From Verrucomicrobiales bacterium (GTDB taxonomy: Bacteria; Verrucomicrobiota; Verrucomicrobiia; Methylacidiphilales; JAAUTS01), in the NCBI GenBank assembly GCA_031265365.1, contig JAISCS010000109.1, positions 1 to 48,547 of the forward strand: a stretch of DNA of 48,547 nt, read 5' to 3'. The translations under genes were made by a program, and so were the position numbers. The notes under the pieces were generated by a model. The model was not told where the DNA came from. It saw only the letters and a program-made list of their open reading frames with translations, and did no database searches. Each line of letters begins with the position of its first letter. The first letter of the stretch is position 1. Of this stretch, positions 7,436 through 15,448 are shown piece by piece.

Positions 7436-9346
7436 TTACGCGCTCACCCCCAGCAAGGGCAAGATGCGTTTGTATTGCGAAAAGTCCGGCACCACAAGGT
7501 CGGCGCCGGCGCGGATGAGGCGCGCGCGCTTGGTCAGGTCGAGACCGTAGCGACATAATTCGTTGCTGGCGATGCCGAGGCAGAACGCGCCGCGCTTGCT
7601 GCCCTCGCGCAACTCCACCGGCCCGTCGCCGATGACGGCGAGGTCGTCGCCGGTGATGCCGCCGCTGTTGATGATGCGCTCCAGCACCACGCGCTTGGCC
7701 TCGACCTTGAGGTCGCCGACCGCGCCGCGAATGCCGCCGGTGAACAAATCGGCGTAACCCATCACGCGCGCCTCGGCCTGAACATCAGCCTCATCGGTGC
7801 CGCTGGCGAGGAACAATTTCACGCCCGCGCGGTGCAGCGATTCGAGGAATTGGCGCGCGCCTTTGATTTCAAAATCGTTCGGCGCGAGTTCGCCGCGCTC
7901 GATTTTGCGGATACGAACGCGAACCATCTCCAGCAGCGCCTCGTTGTAAATGGCCTTGTAGCCGTGCTCGTCGAGGATTTGACCCGCCGGCACGAAACCG
8001 TGCTCGCGCACCAGGCCGACCAAGCCCTTCATCTGCGCCAACGTTTGGATGCCGGTGGTTTTGTCAATGAACGTCTTCACCTCGGCGACGACTTTTTTGT
8101 ACACTTGGTCCGGCACGCGCGCCGCCTGGTCGCCGAGAATCGCTTGCAGCATCATCGGCTCCATGATTTTTTCCCAGCCTTGGCGCAACGTGGAAATGGT
8201 GCCGTCGTGGTCGAAGATGGCGTACTGGATGGAACCCTGGCGCGCTTTTTCACGGATGACTTCGATTTCCGTATCGGGCAAATATTTCGCCGCGCGCGGA
8301 CTGTCGGCGAGTTCCGGCTCGTAAATGTAATCCGGCGCCTCCGCCGCGAGCACTTCCGCGACGCTGACGGTGCCGGTGGCCTGCACTTTGCGAACCGTGA
8401 TGGCCGCCGCGAGGTTGGCGAACTTGGCCGCGACCGTCAGCGGGCTGCCGCCGCCGAGCGCCGCCGCGATGGCCGCGACGACCGTGTCGCCCGCGCCAAC
8501 CGGGTCGGTTTTGCCTAACAACTGGATGCCGGGCACGGCGAACACCGCGTCACCGTCGGCGGTCACCAAGCCATGCTCACCGCGCGTCAGCACGACGGGC
8601 CGGCCCATGCGCTTGCTCAGCGCCGTGGCGTAGCCGAACGCCTCCGCCTGCGAGACGACGGCGCCTGGGTGCGTCGGACTGCCCAGCACGCGCGCGGCCT
8701 CGCGGGTGTTGATTTTCAGCGCGACGCCGGCGAAGTGCTGCGCGTAGTCGCGTGAGTCCACGATGAACAAAACTTTCGGCAGACGCGCCGCCAGCGCGTT
8801 GATTTTTTTAATCAGCCGCTCGGTCACCATCAGCGCCGCGATTTGTTGGTTGATAACCACCACGTCGGACGCTTTCGCCGCCGTTTCCAAGTTGGCCATC
8901 AGCGCGTCCTCCAGCGCGGCGGGGAATTCATTGAACGCGCCGAAGTCGAGCCGGTTTAACTCCGCGCCGTCGGCGTAGGGTTTTGCGTAAACCAGTGTCT
9001 GCCATTTTTCAGGGCGCAGAAAACCACTGACGTTGACACCCGCCGCTGACAGTGACCGCAGCAATTCGTCGCCGAAAATGTCGCACCCCAGCACGCCAAC
9101 CGCGCGCACCTCGGCCACGCCCAGCGAACGCAGGTTCATCACCACATTGCCCGCCCCGCCGGGGCTGTAGGCGGCGCGCCGCACCTGGTGAATGGGCAGG
9201 CCTGTTTCGAGTGACAATTCTTTGGTGTTCTGGTCAATAAACCAGTAAGCATCCAGGCAGAAGTCCCCGCACACCGTGACCTTGGCGTTGGCACTGCGGG
9301 CGATAACCGCCGCGATTTCGGTTGAGAAAGATTTGGCATCAGTCAT
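7436..9346 (-). CDS. Fusion protein: PfkB-family heptose-7-phosphate kinase (RfaE domain I-like) plus C-terminal HAD-superfamily hydrolase domain
   Basis: N-terminal half: VTVCGDFCLDAYW..SPGGAGNVVMNL..DPVGAGDTVVAAIAAAL (PfkB/RfaE-I signatures). C-terminal half: YAIFDHDGTIST (DxDGT), LASGTDEADV, VIGDGPVELREG (HAD motifs I-IV). Confidence 0.85.
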   Translation of the reverse strand: MTDAKSFSTEIAAVIARSANAKVTVCGDFCLDAYWFIDQNTKELSLETGLPIHQVRRAAYSPGGAGNVVMNLRSLGVAEVRAVGVLGCDIFGDELLRSLSAAGVNVSGFLRPEKWQTLVYAKPYADGAELNRLDFGAFNEFPAALEDALMANLETAAKASDVVVINQQIAALMVTERLIKKINALAARLPKVLFIVDSRDYAQHFAGVALKINTREAARVLGSPTHPGAVVSQAEAFGYATALSKRMGRPVVLTRGEHGLVTADGDAVFAVPGIQLLGKTDPVGAGDTVVAAIAAALGGGSPLTVAAKFANLAAAITVRKVQATGTVSVAEVLAAEAPDYIYEPELADSPRAAKYLPDTEIEVIREKARQGSIQYAIFDHDGTISTLRQGWEKIMEPMMLQAILGDQAARVPDQVYKKVVAEVKTFIDKTTGIQTLAQMKGLVGLVREHGFVPAGQILDEHGYKAIYNEALLEMVRVRIRKIERGELAPNDFEIKGARQFLESLHRAGVKLFLASGTDEADVQAEARVMGYADLFTGGIRGAVGDLKVEAKRVVLERIINSGGITGDDLAVIGDGPVELREGSKRGAFCLGIASNELCRYGLDLTKRARLIRAGADLVVPDFSQYKRILPLLGVSA

Positions 9347-9409
9347 GGCCGCTGACGATGACAGGTTAAAAATTTTTTACAAAAAAGATATGACAAATTC
9401 GTTAAAAAC

Positions 9410-9421
9410 CTGTAATTACAG
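9410..9421. promoter_or_regulatory. Perfect 12-bp palindrome CTGTAATTACAG, candidate GntR-type operator
   Basis: Lies 4 nt upstream of the ATG of the GntR-HTH regulator, in the 79-bp AT-rich divergent intergenic region. It fits the generic GT-N-AC GntR operator form. ACAGGTT (9361-9367) and AACCTGT (9407-9413) form a second inverted pair. Confidence 0.35.
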
Positions 9422-9425
9422 ATTG

Positions 9426-10511
9426 ATGAATAAAACCACCATCAAACACCGCGAGATTTCCGCCGCTTTGAAAAACGCCATCGTCAGCGGCCGCCATCGG
9501 GCCGGCGACCGGCTGCCGAGCGAGGAAGCGTTGTGTCGCCGCTGGCAGGTGTCGCGCCCGACCGTGCGGCGCGCGCTGCGTGATTTGTTGCAGAGTGGCC
9601 TTGTGGACATCCGCGCCGGCTCCGGCTGCTACGTCAGCGCCGGACTGCGCGTCACGCGGCCCGTCATCGCGCTGCTCGCTGACGGCCTCGGCAAGACGGA
9701 AATTCTCGACCCAATTTGCGCCGAGATTTCCCGCGCCGCGCACGATGCCGGTTGCACTGTGCTAAACACCCCGCTGACGGTGGCCGGCGCTGACGGTGAC
9801 CTGGCCAAGACACTCGTTGCGCGCAACGTCAGCGGCGTCATCTTCGCGCCGCTGGAGCATGGTGCCGACCGTGAGCGGCGTAACCGCGACTTGCTGGACG
9901 CTTTCCGCCGGGCCGGCGCCGCCGTGGTGCTCGCTGACCGTGATACGGCGGAGTTTCCCGCGCGCAGCGATTGCGACGTGGTGGCGTTGGATAATTTTCA
10001 CGCCGGTTATTTGCTGGGCCGGCATCTCACCGTCAGCGGTGCGCGGCGTGTTGTGTTCGTGGCCAAACCCAATTATCCGTCGAGCACGGATTTGCGACTG
10101 GCCGGCTTGCAAAACGGTTTGTTGCGCCACGGCGGGCGCAAGCCGGAGTTCAAGGTCGGCGACCCGCGCGACGTCGCGTTTGTGAAAAGTCTTCGTGCCG
10201 CGCGGCAGGGCTTTGACGCCGTGGTGTGTTCCAACGACCTGACCGCCGCGCAATTCCTGCAAGCCGCGACCAACAGCGGCTGGCGGGTACCGGAGGATTT
10301 TTTGCTGGCCGGTTTTGATGATGTCAGCTACGCCTCGCTGCTCTCGACGCCGTTGACGACTATCCGCCAGCCTTGCGCCGACATCGGCAGCGTGTGTGTC
10401 CGCACATTGTTGGAGCGGCTGCGGCATCCGCAACTGCCGCCGCGCACCATTCTATTAACCGGCGAGCTTGTTGTCCGCGCCTCCACCACCCGCGTGGTGT
10501 TGCGCGTGTAA
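9426..10511 (+). CDS. AraR-type regulator: GntR-family winged HTH fused to a LacI/PBP1-like sugar-binding domain
   Basis: N-terminus MNKTTIKHREISAALKNAIVSG..GDRLPSEEALCRRWQVSRPTVRRALRDL (GntR HTH). The C-terminal part ..VSGVIFAP..VVALDN..GHRRVVFV..AVVCSNDLTAAQFLQA..VPEDFLLAGFDD.. is LacI-type. Start at ATG 9426. Confidence 0.85.
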   Translation: MNKTTIKHREISAALKNAIVSGRHRAGDRLPSEEALCRRWQVSRPTVRRALRDLLQSGLVDIRAGSGCYVSAGLRVTRPVIALLADGLGKTEILDPICAEISRAAHDAGCTVLNTPLTVAGADGDLAKTLVARNVSGVIFAPLEHGADRERRNRDLLDAFRRAGAAVVLADRDTAEFPARSDCDVVALDNFHAGYLLGRHLTVSGARRVVFVAKPNYPSSTDLRLAGLQNGLLRHGGRKPEFKVGDPRDVAFVKSLRAARQGFDAVVCSNDLTAAQFLQAATNSGWRVPEDFLLAGFDDVSYASLLSTPLTTIRQPCADIGSVCVRTLLERLRHPQLPPRTILLTGELVVRASTTRVVLRV

Positions 10512-10695
10512 CGCCTAATTTCAGGCCGCCCCGCGTTCACGCTCACGCTGACCGCGCAGGACCGCCAATCCGCCGAGGTCGCCGATGACGGGCAGCGGGC
10601 GCGGCTGGGTGCGCTCGCGTCTGCCGGTACGCCGCCGGTAACGTTCAAGTTGTTTTCTGGGTTGCTTTTTGAGAAAAGCGGCTAACGTAAAGAAT

Positions 10696-13173
10696 ATGGT
10701 TGGCATGGTTCTGGTTTCTCATTGCCGCCCGCTGGCGGAGGCGACGCTGACGTTGACTCGGGCGATGGCGGGGGAGGAGGTGCGGATTGCGGTGGCGGCG
10801 GGAGCGGGGGCCGGTCATGTGGAGTTGGGAACGGATGCGATGGAGATTGCGCAGGCGATTCAGTCGGTCGCTGACGGTGACGGGGTGGTGGTGTTGATGG
10901 ATATGGGGAGCGCGGTGTTGAGCGCGGAGATGGCGTTGGATTTTTTGGATGAACCGACCCGGGGGCAGGTTCGATTGTGCGCGGCGGCGTTTGTGGAGGG
11001 GACGGTGGCGGCGGGGGTGGCGGCGAAGGTCGGCGGGTCGCTGGCGGAGGTGGCGCGGGAGGCGTCGCTGGCGCTGACACAGAAGATGGGGCATCTTACG
11101 GCGGCGCCGGACGCTGACGCTGACAGCGCGCCGGTGTTGCGGAACGCGCGGACGACGCGGGTGACGGTGCCGAATCCGGCGGGGTTGCACGCGCGGCCGG
11201 TGGCGCGGTTGATTCAGGAGGCGGGCAAGTTCCAGAGTGAAATCCAAGCGCGTAATTTGACCAATGGCAAAGGGCCGGTGTCCATTCGCAGCATGACGGG
11301 AATGGTGGCGCTGGAGGCGTTGCGGGGGCATGAGGTGGAGTTGCTGGCGGCGGGGGCGGATGAGGAACAGGCGCTGACGGTTTTGCGGGCGGCAATTGCG
11401 GGCGGGTTGGGCGATGTGTTGCAAGCGCCGCCGCAAGGGGACGCTGACGGTGACCGCGCGGCGCCGGGGCCGGGGGCGGCGGACGCCAAACCCATCGGCG
11501 TGTGCAAGGGCGTGGCGATTGGCCCGGTGTATTATCCGCAGGCGGCGGTGTTTGAAGTGCCGACGTCACCGTCGGCGGACGCCGGGCGTGAATCCGGGTT
11601 ATTGCGGGCGGCGTTGGAAAAGACGCGGTCCGTGTTGCGGGAACAGGCGCGGGAAGTGGGCCGGGTGATGGGCGGCGAGCGCGGGGAGATTTTCAACGCG
11701 CAGGCGATGGTGTTGAACGACCCGGCGTTGCTGGCGCAGGCGGAGCGTTACATCCGGCGGGACCGGCGGCAGGCGGCGCACGCCTGGTGGCTGGCGGTGG
11801 AGGAAGCCATCAAGACCTACCAAAACCTGAGCGACGATAATTTGCGCCAGCGCGCGGAAGATTTGCGGGATGTGGCGCGGCTGGTGCTGGGGCAACTCGG
11901 CGTCAACGTGCCGGACGGGCTGGTCATGCCGAGGCCGGGCATCCTGGTGGTGAACGAATTGACGCCGGGACAGGCGGCGGCGCTGGACAAGGGCCGGGTG
12001 CTGGGGGTGGTGTGCCTGGAGGGCGGCCGGACGTCGCATAGTTCGATTTTGCTGCGGTCGCGAGGTATTCCGGCGATTGTGCAGGCGCGGCATTTCGCGG
12101 CGTCATTGTCAGCGTTGACGCCGCCGGCGGTGCTGGCGATGGACGGGGACACGGGGGAGTTGTGGCTGAACCCGGAAATCAAGGAGTTGAAGAAAATCCA
12201 CGAGCGGCAAATTCGCTGGGCGGAGCAGGTGACGTTGGAGAAGCGCGACAGCGCGCGCCCAGCGGTGACGCTCGACGGGCGGAGTTTCGAGATTTGCGCC
12301 AACGTCGGCAATGTGGAGGACGCGGAGACCGCCGCCGGCAATGGCGCGGACGGCATCGGCCTGCTGCGGACGGAGTTCATGTTTTTGCACCGCGACGAGG
12401 CGCCGGACGAGGAAGAGCAGGTCGCGGCGCTGCGGATGATTTTGCGACCGATGGCGGGCAAGCCGGCGGTTATCCGCACGCTGGACGCCGGCGGTGACAA
12501 GGAACTGCCGTACCTGCACATGCCCAGGGAGGCGAACCCGTACCTCGGCGTGCGCGCCATCCGGCTGTGTTTGCGGAACCGCGCGTTGTTCCAGCAACAG
12601 TTGCGGGCGATTTTGCGGGCGGGCGCGGATTATGACGTGCGGGTGATGTTCCCGATGATTGCGACGTTGCAGGAGTTGCAAGAAGCGAAGGCGGAACTGG
12701 CGCGGGCGCACGAGTCACTCGCAGCGGCAGGGACGGCGCACCTTTGGCCGGTGCCGACGGGGATGATGATGGAGGTGCCGGCGGCGGCGATTATCGCGCA
12801 TTATTTCGTGCCGGAGGTGGATTTTGTCAGCATCGGCACGAACGACCTGACGCAATACACGCTGGCCGCCGACCGCGGGAACCCGGAGTTGCAGGGCTTG
12901 CTGAGCAAGGAGTTGAACCCGGCGGTGCTGGCGCAAATCAACCGCGTGGTGTTGTCGTGCCAAGGGAAAATCCCGGTGTCCGTGTGCGGCGAGGCGGCGG
13001 CGCACCCGGAATCGGCGGCGGTGTTTCTGGGGCTGGGCGTGCGCGAGCTGAGCATGAGCGGGCGCAGCATCCCGGCGATGAAGCATTGGGTGCGGGGGCA
13101 GTCACTCTCCGCGATGGAGCAATCGGCGCGGGAGTTGCTCACGGTGCGGCTGTCGCACATGGCGGGCCGCTGA
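10696..13173 (+). CDS. dhaM: PTS multiphosphoryl transfer protein DhaM (EIIA-Man-like domain + HPr domain + Enzyme I domain)
   Basis: MVGMVLVSH..LGTD..VVVLMDMGSAVLS (DhaM/EIIA-Man). VTVPNPAGLHARPVARL (HPr His region). GGRTSHSSILLRSRGIPAIV, GIGLLRTEFMFL, IGTNDLTQYTLAADRGN (Enzyme I). ATG 10696 is preferred over the TTG at 10669. Confidence 0.9.
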   Translation: MVGMVLVSHCRPLAEATLTLTRAMAGEEVRIAVAAGAGAGHVELGTDAMEIAQAIQSVADGDGVVVLMDMGSAVLSAEMALDFLDEPTRGQVRLCAAAFVEGTVAAGVAAKVGGSLAEVAREASLALTQKMGHLTAAPDADADSAPVLRNARTTRVTVPNPAGLHARPVARLIQEAGKFQSEIQARNLTNGKGPVSIRSMTGMVALEALRGHEVELLAAGADEEQALTVLRAAIAGGLGDVLQAPPQGDADGDRAAPGPGAADAKPIGVCKGVAIGPVYYPQAAVFEVPTSPSADAGRESGLLRAALEKTRSVLREQAREVGRVMGGERGEIFNAQAMVLNDPALLAQAERYIRRDRRQAAHAWWLAVEEAIKTYQNLSDDNLRQRAEDLRDVARLVLGQLGVNVPDGLVMPRPGILVVNELTPGQAAALDKGRVLGVVCLEGGRTSHSSILLRSRGIPAIVQARHFAASLSALTPPAVLAMDGDTGELWLNPEIKELKKIHERQIRWAEQVTLEKRDSARPAVTLDGRSFEICANVGNVEDAETAAGNGADGIGLLRTEFMFLHRDEAPDEEEQVAALRMILRPMAGKPAVIRTLDAGGDKELPYLHMPREANPYLGVRAIRLCLRNRALFQQQLRAILRAGADYDVRVMFPMIATLQELQEAKAELARAHESLAAAGTAHLWPVPTGMMMEVPAAAIIAHYFVPEVDFVSIGTNDLTQYTLAADRGNPELQGLLSKELNPAVLAQINRVVLSCQGKIPVSVCGEAAAHPESAAVFLGLGVRELSMSGRSIPAMKHWVRGQSLSAMEQSARELLTVRLSHMAGR

Positions 13174-13182
13174 CGACCCGCG

Positions 13183-13761
13183 TCAGGGCGTGAGGGTCAG
13201 CCGGGCCGTGGCGTTGATTTCGGGGTAATTGGCCAGGATGACCTTGACCTCGTAGACCCCGGGCCGCGCGGCGGTGGTGAGTTTTTCCAACGGGATGTTT
13301 TCCGTCCATGCCAGCGTCTCGCCTGGGTTGAGGAAGCTGGAGCCGATTTTTTGCTCGAACAACTTGTCCGCCGACCAAAGGTAAATCATGTCCTCCTTGC
13401 CGCTGCTGATGGCGATGTCGTAACGCTGCGAATCGGGGAACGACAGCGTGTAGCCTTTCTTGGCCGAGGTGTTTTTGACGCGAAATGTCACCTTCAGCGT
13501 GGTGGGGGCGTTGGTCTGGTCAACCGTCGGCGCGGTCACGGAGACCGCGGGCGGGGCGATGACCAGCGTGGCCGTGAAATCCTTCAGGTTAACCTCGTTC
13601 GCGCGCTGCACCCGCTCCGGGTCGCCGGAGAAAATCGAAAAACGTTTCCCCGGCGGGTTGATAAATTGGATGGGCACGGTGTTTTTGGTCGGATTGATGT
13701 CTTGGCACAGGCCGCTGCCGGCACTGACCGTGACCACGAGTAACGAGTACAACCATTTCAT
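13183..13761 (-). CDS. Secreted hypothetical protein, possibly a BsuPI-like (Ig-fold protease-inhibitor) domain
   Basis: Signal peptide MKWLYSLLVVTVSAGSG. The C-terminal pattern SFPDSQRYDIAISS..IYLWSADKLFEQ..LNPGETLAWTE resembles the BsuPI family. That assignment is from memory only. Confidence 0.6.
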   Translation of the reverse strand: MKWLYSLLVVTVSAGSGLCQDINPTKNTVPIQFINPPGKRFSIFSGDPERVQRANEVNLKDFTATLVIAPPAVSVTAPTVDQTNAPTTLKVTFRVKNTSAKKGYTLSFPDSQRYDIAISSGKEDMIYLWSADKLFEQKIGSSFLNPGETLAWTENIPLEKLTTAARPGVYEVKVILANYPEINATARLTLTP

Positions 13762-13803
13762 AGGCCGAACAACATAGCCGGTGTGCCGGGATGTTTAAAG
13801 CGA

Positions 13804-13875
13804 AAAGCTGAAAACAGAAAGCTGAAAGCAGAAATAATTTCCACTTTCAGCTTTCCATTTTCAGCTTTCTGCTGT
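13804..13875. repeat. Family-C hairpin repeat (gaaagctgaaag / ctttcagctttc), copy 1
   Basis: aaagctgaaaacagaaagctgaaagcagaaataatttccactttcagctttccattttcagctttctgc. Related copies lie at 20419-20482 and 24879-24930. This one sits just 3' of the ThuA gene. Confidence 0.7.
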
Positions 13876-13886
13876 TCGTCCCGCGC

Positions 13887-14630
13887 TTATTTCCGGCCCA
13901 ACGGCTCCGGCGCCACCTTGGCGTGCGGCGCGTTCAGCGCCCCCGGCCACCGGCCCTGCGGCGCGGCCCACGCGACGGCGTTGGCGATGACCCGCTGGAT
14001 GTTCGCGTCATGATAAATCGGATACGTCTCATGTCCCGGCTGGAAGTAGAAAATCTTCCCGTTCCCGCGATGCCAGCAGCAGCCGCTGCGGAGCACCTCG
14101 CCGCCCTCGAACCACGAGACGAACACCTGCTCCTCCGGCGTCGGGATGCCGAACGGCTCGCCGTACATCTCTTCCTCCGGCAGCGTGAACGAAGCGTCCA
14201 GCCCCGCCGCGATGGGGTGGCCCGGATTGCACACCCACAGCCGCTCCTTCTCATTCGCCTCGCGCCATTGCAAGCCGCAGCCGGTGCCCATCAACCGTCG
14301 GAAAATCTTCGAGTAATGCCCGGAATGCAGCACAATCAGCCCCATTCCCTGCAACACCCGCGCCTGCACCCGGTCCACCACCGCGTCGGCCACCTTGTCA
14401 TGCGCGCCGTGGCCCCACCAGAGCAACACCTCGGTCTGGTCGAGCCGCTCCTGCGTCAACCCATGCTCCGGCTCCGCCAGCGTCGCCGTGGACACCGCGT
14501 AATCGGGGTGGAATTTCTGGATGGCGTCGGCCAGCGTCCGATGAATCCCCTGGGGATAAATGGCGGCGACTTTTTCGTTCGTGGTTTCGTGGACATATTC
14601 ATTCCACACGACAACATTGAGAGTCTTCAT
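13887..14630 (-). CDS. ThuA-domain (trehalose-utilisation-like, class I glutamine amidotransferase fold) protein
   Basis: [58 protein letters not shown] are typical ThuA features. Start at ATG 14630. Confidence 0.85.
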   Translation of the reverse strand: MKTLNVVVWNEYVHETTNEKVAAIYPQGIHRTLADAIQKFHPDYAVSTATLAEPEHGLTQERLDQTEVLLWWGHGAHDKVADAVVDRVQARVLQGMGLIVLHSGHYSKIFRRLMGTGCGLQWREANEKERLWVCNPGHPIAAGLDASFTLPEEEMYGEPFGIPTPEEQVFVSWFEGGEVLRSGCCWHRGNGKIFYFQPGHETYPIYHDANIQRVIANAVAWAAPQGRWPGALNAPHAKVAPEPLGRK

Positions 14631-14676
14631 GCGCGCGTCATGTTGCGGCAAATGGCGCGAATGTCAAAACAAAAGA

Positions 14677-14917
14677 GGTTCTATCCCGTGGACAGTGGCC
14701 TTACCGTGGCGCGTGGTCGGCGTTAATAATTCCCCTTCCGTGAAGGGGTGGCGCGGAGCGACGGGTTAGTTCAGCGTTTGGAGCGAGGTCCCTGTAAACG
14801 CTGAACTACCCCGTCCGCTCCGCGGCCACCCCTTCACGGAAGGGGAATTTGCTGGCGCAGGAGGCTGGAGCGGTGAGGGGGGCCGGTGTCAACGCTGCCG
14901 CTGCTAACAGCGAGGAA
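14677..14917. repeat. Family-A MITE-like element, full length, M2-core-M1 orientation
   Basis: M2 ggttctatcccgtggacagtgg.. is followed by the core arms aattccccttccgtgaaggggtggcgcggagcgacgggttagttcagcgtt / aacgctgaactaccccgtccgctccgcggccaccccttcacggaaggggaatt, then M1 ..gtcaacgctgccgctgctaacagcgaggaa. Confidence 0.9.
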
Positions 14918-14982
14918 TCACAAAAGAACCAATTCAACGTTCGGGGTTTTTCCCAACACGTCGGGACCTCCCTCTGCAACGA

Positions 14983-15167
14983 TTTTCCCGACCTCCCGAC
15001 ATCGGGAACCCTACTTTGCAATTGTTTTCCCGACCTCCCGACGTCGGGAACCCTACTTTGCAATTGTTTTCCCGACCTCCCGACATCGGGAACCCCACTT
15101 TGCAATTGTTTTCCCGACCTCCCGACGTCGGGAACCCCACTTTGCAATTGTTTTCCCGACCTCCCGA
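14983..15167. repeat. 42-bp tandem repeat, 4 full units plus a partial unit (a degenerate unit precedes from about 14945)
   Basis: Unit ttttcccgacctcccgacRtcgggaaccccYactttgcaattg starts at 14983, 15025, 15067, 15109 and 15151. Each unit carries the palindrome TCCCGAC(G/A)TCGGGA. Confidence 0.95.
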
Positions 15168-15211
15168 AAAATAGTTCCGCCTTCCGCTTGCCACTTTCCG
15201 CTTGCGCCATT

Positions 15212-15385
15212 TCACAACACCACCGCCGCCACCGCCCAGATACTCAGAAACGCCACCAACCCCATGACTATCGTCGCCGTCGAAAGCGGCCCCGATTTCT
15301 CAATCGCCGAGCCGAACACCTTGTTCAACCCGCCAAACCCCGCGCGCCCCAGCAGCGGCAGCGCCAGCACCGCGCCGGCCAGCAA
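15212..15385 (-). CDS. Possible small two-TM membrane protein (57 aa from TTG, or longer if a frameshift is corrected)
   Basis: LLAGAVLALPLLGRAGFGGLNKVFGSAIEKSGPLSTATIVMGLVAFLSIWAVAAVVL has GC3-rich codons. An ATG at 15438, 10 nt after the ptsN stop, opens MNAVTLTGLVTASN.. in another frame that closes early. Confidence 0.3.
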   Translation of the reverse strand: MLAGAVLALPLLGRAGFGGLNKVFGSAIEKSGPLSTATIVMGLVAFLSIWAVAAVVL

Positions 15386-15448
15386 TGCGATGACCGGTTG
15401 CTGGCGGTGACCAGGCCGGTGAGCGTGACGGCGTTCATGTCGGCGCGC

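Noticed and set aside
10645-13086. Several Pro/Arg-rich minus-strand ORFs (for example 10645-11436, 10682-11080, 11096-11569, 11817-12560, 12109-12711)
   Set aside because: They are antisense to dhaM, whose three domains are clearly recognisable. The products are compositionally extreme and lack motifs.
14945-15167. CRISPR array interpretation of the 42-bp periodic region
   Set aside because: The whole 42-bp unit repeats. There are no unique spacers between repeats, and no cas genes are in the window.
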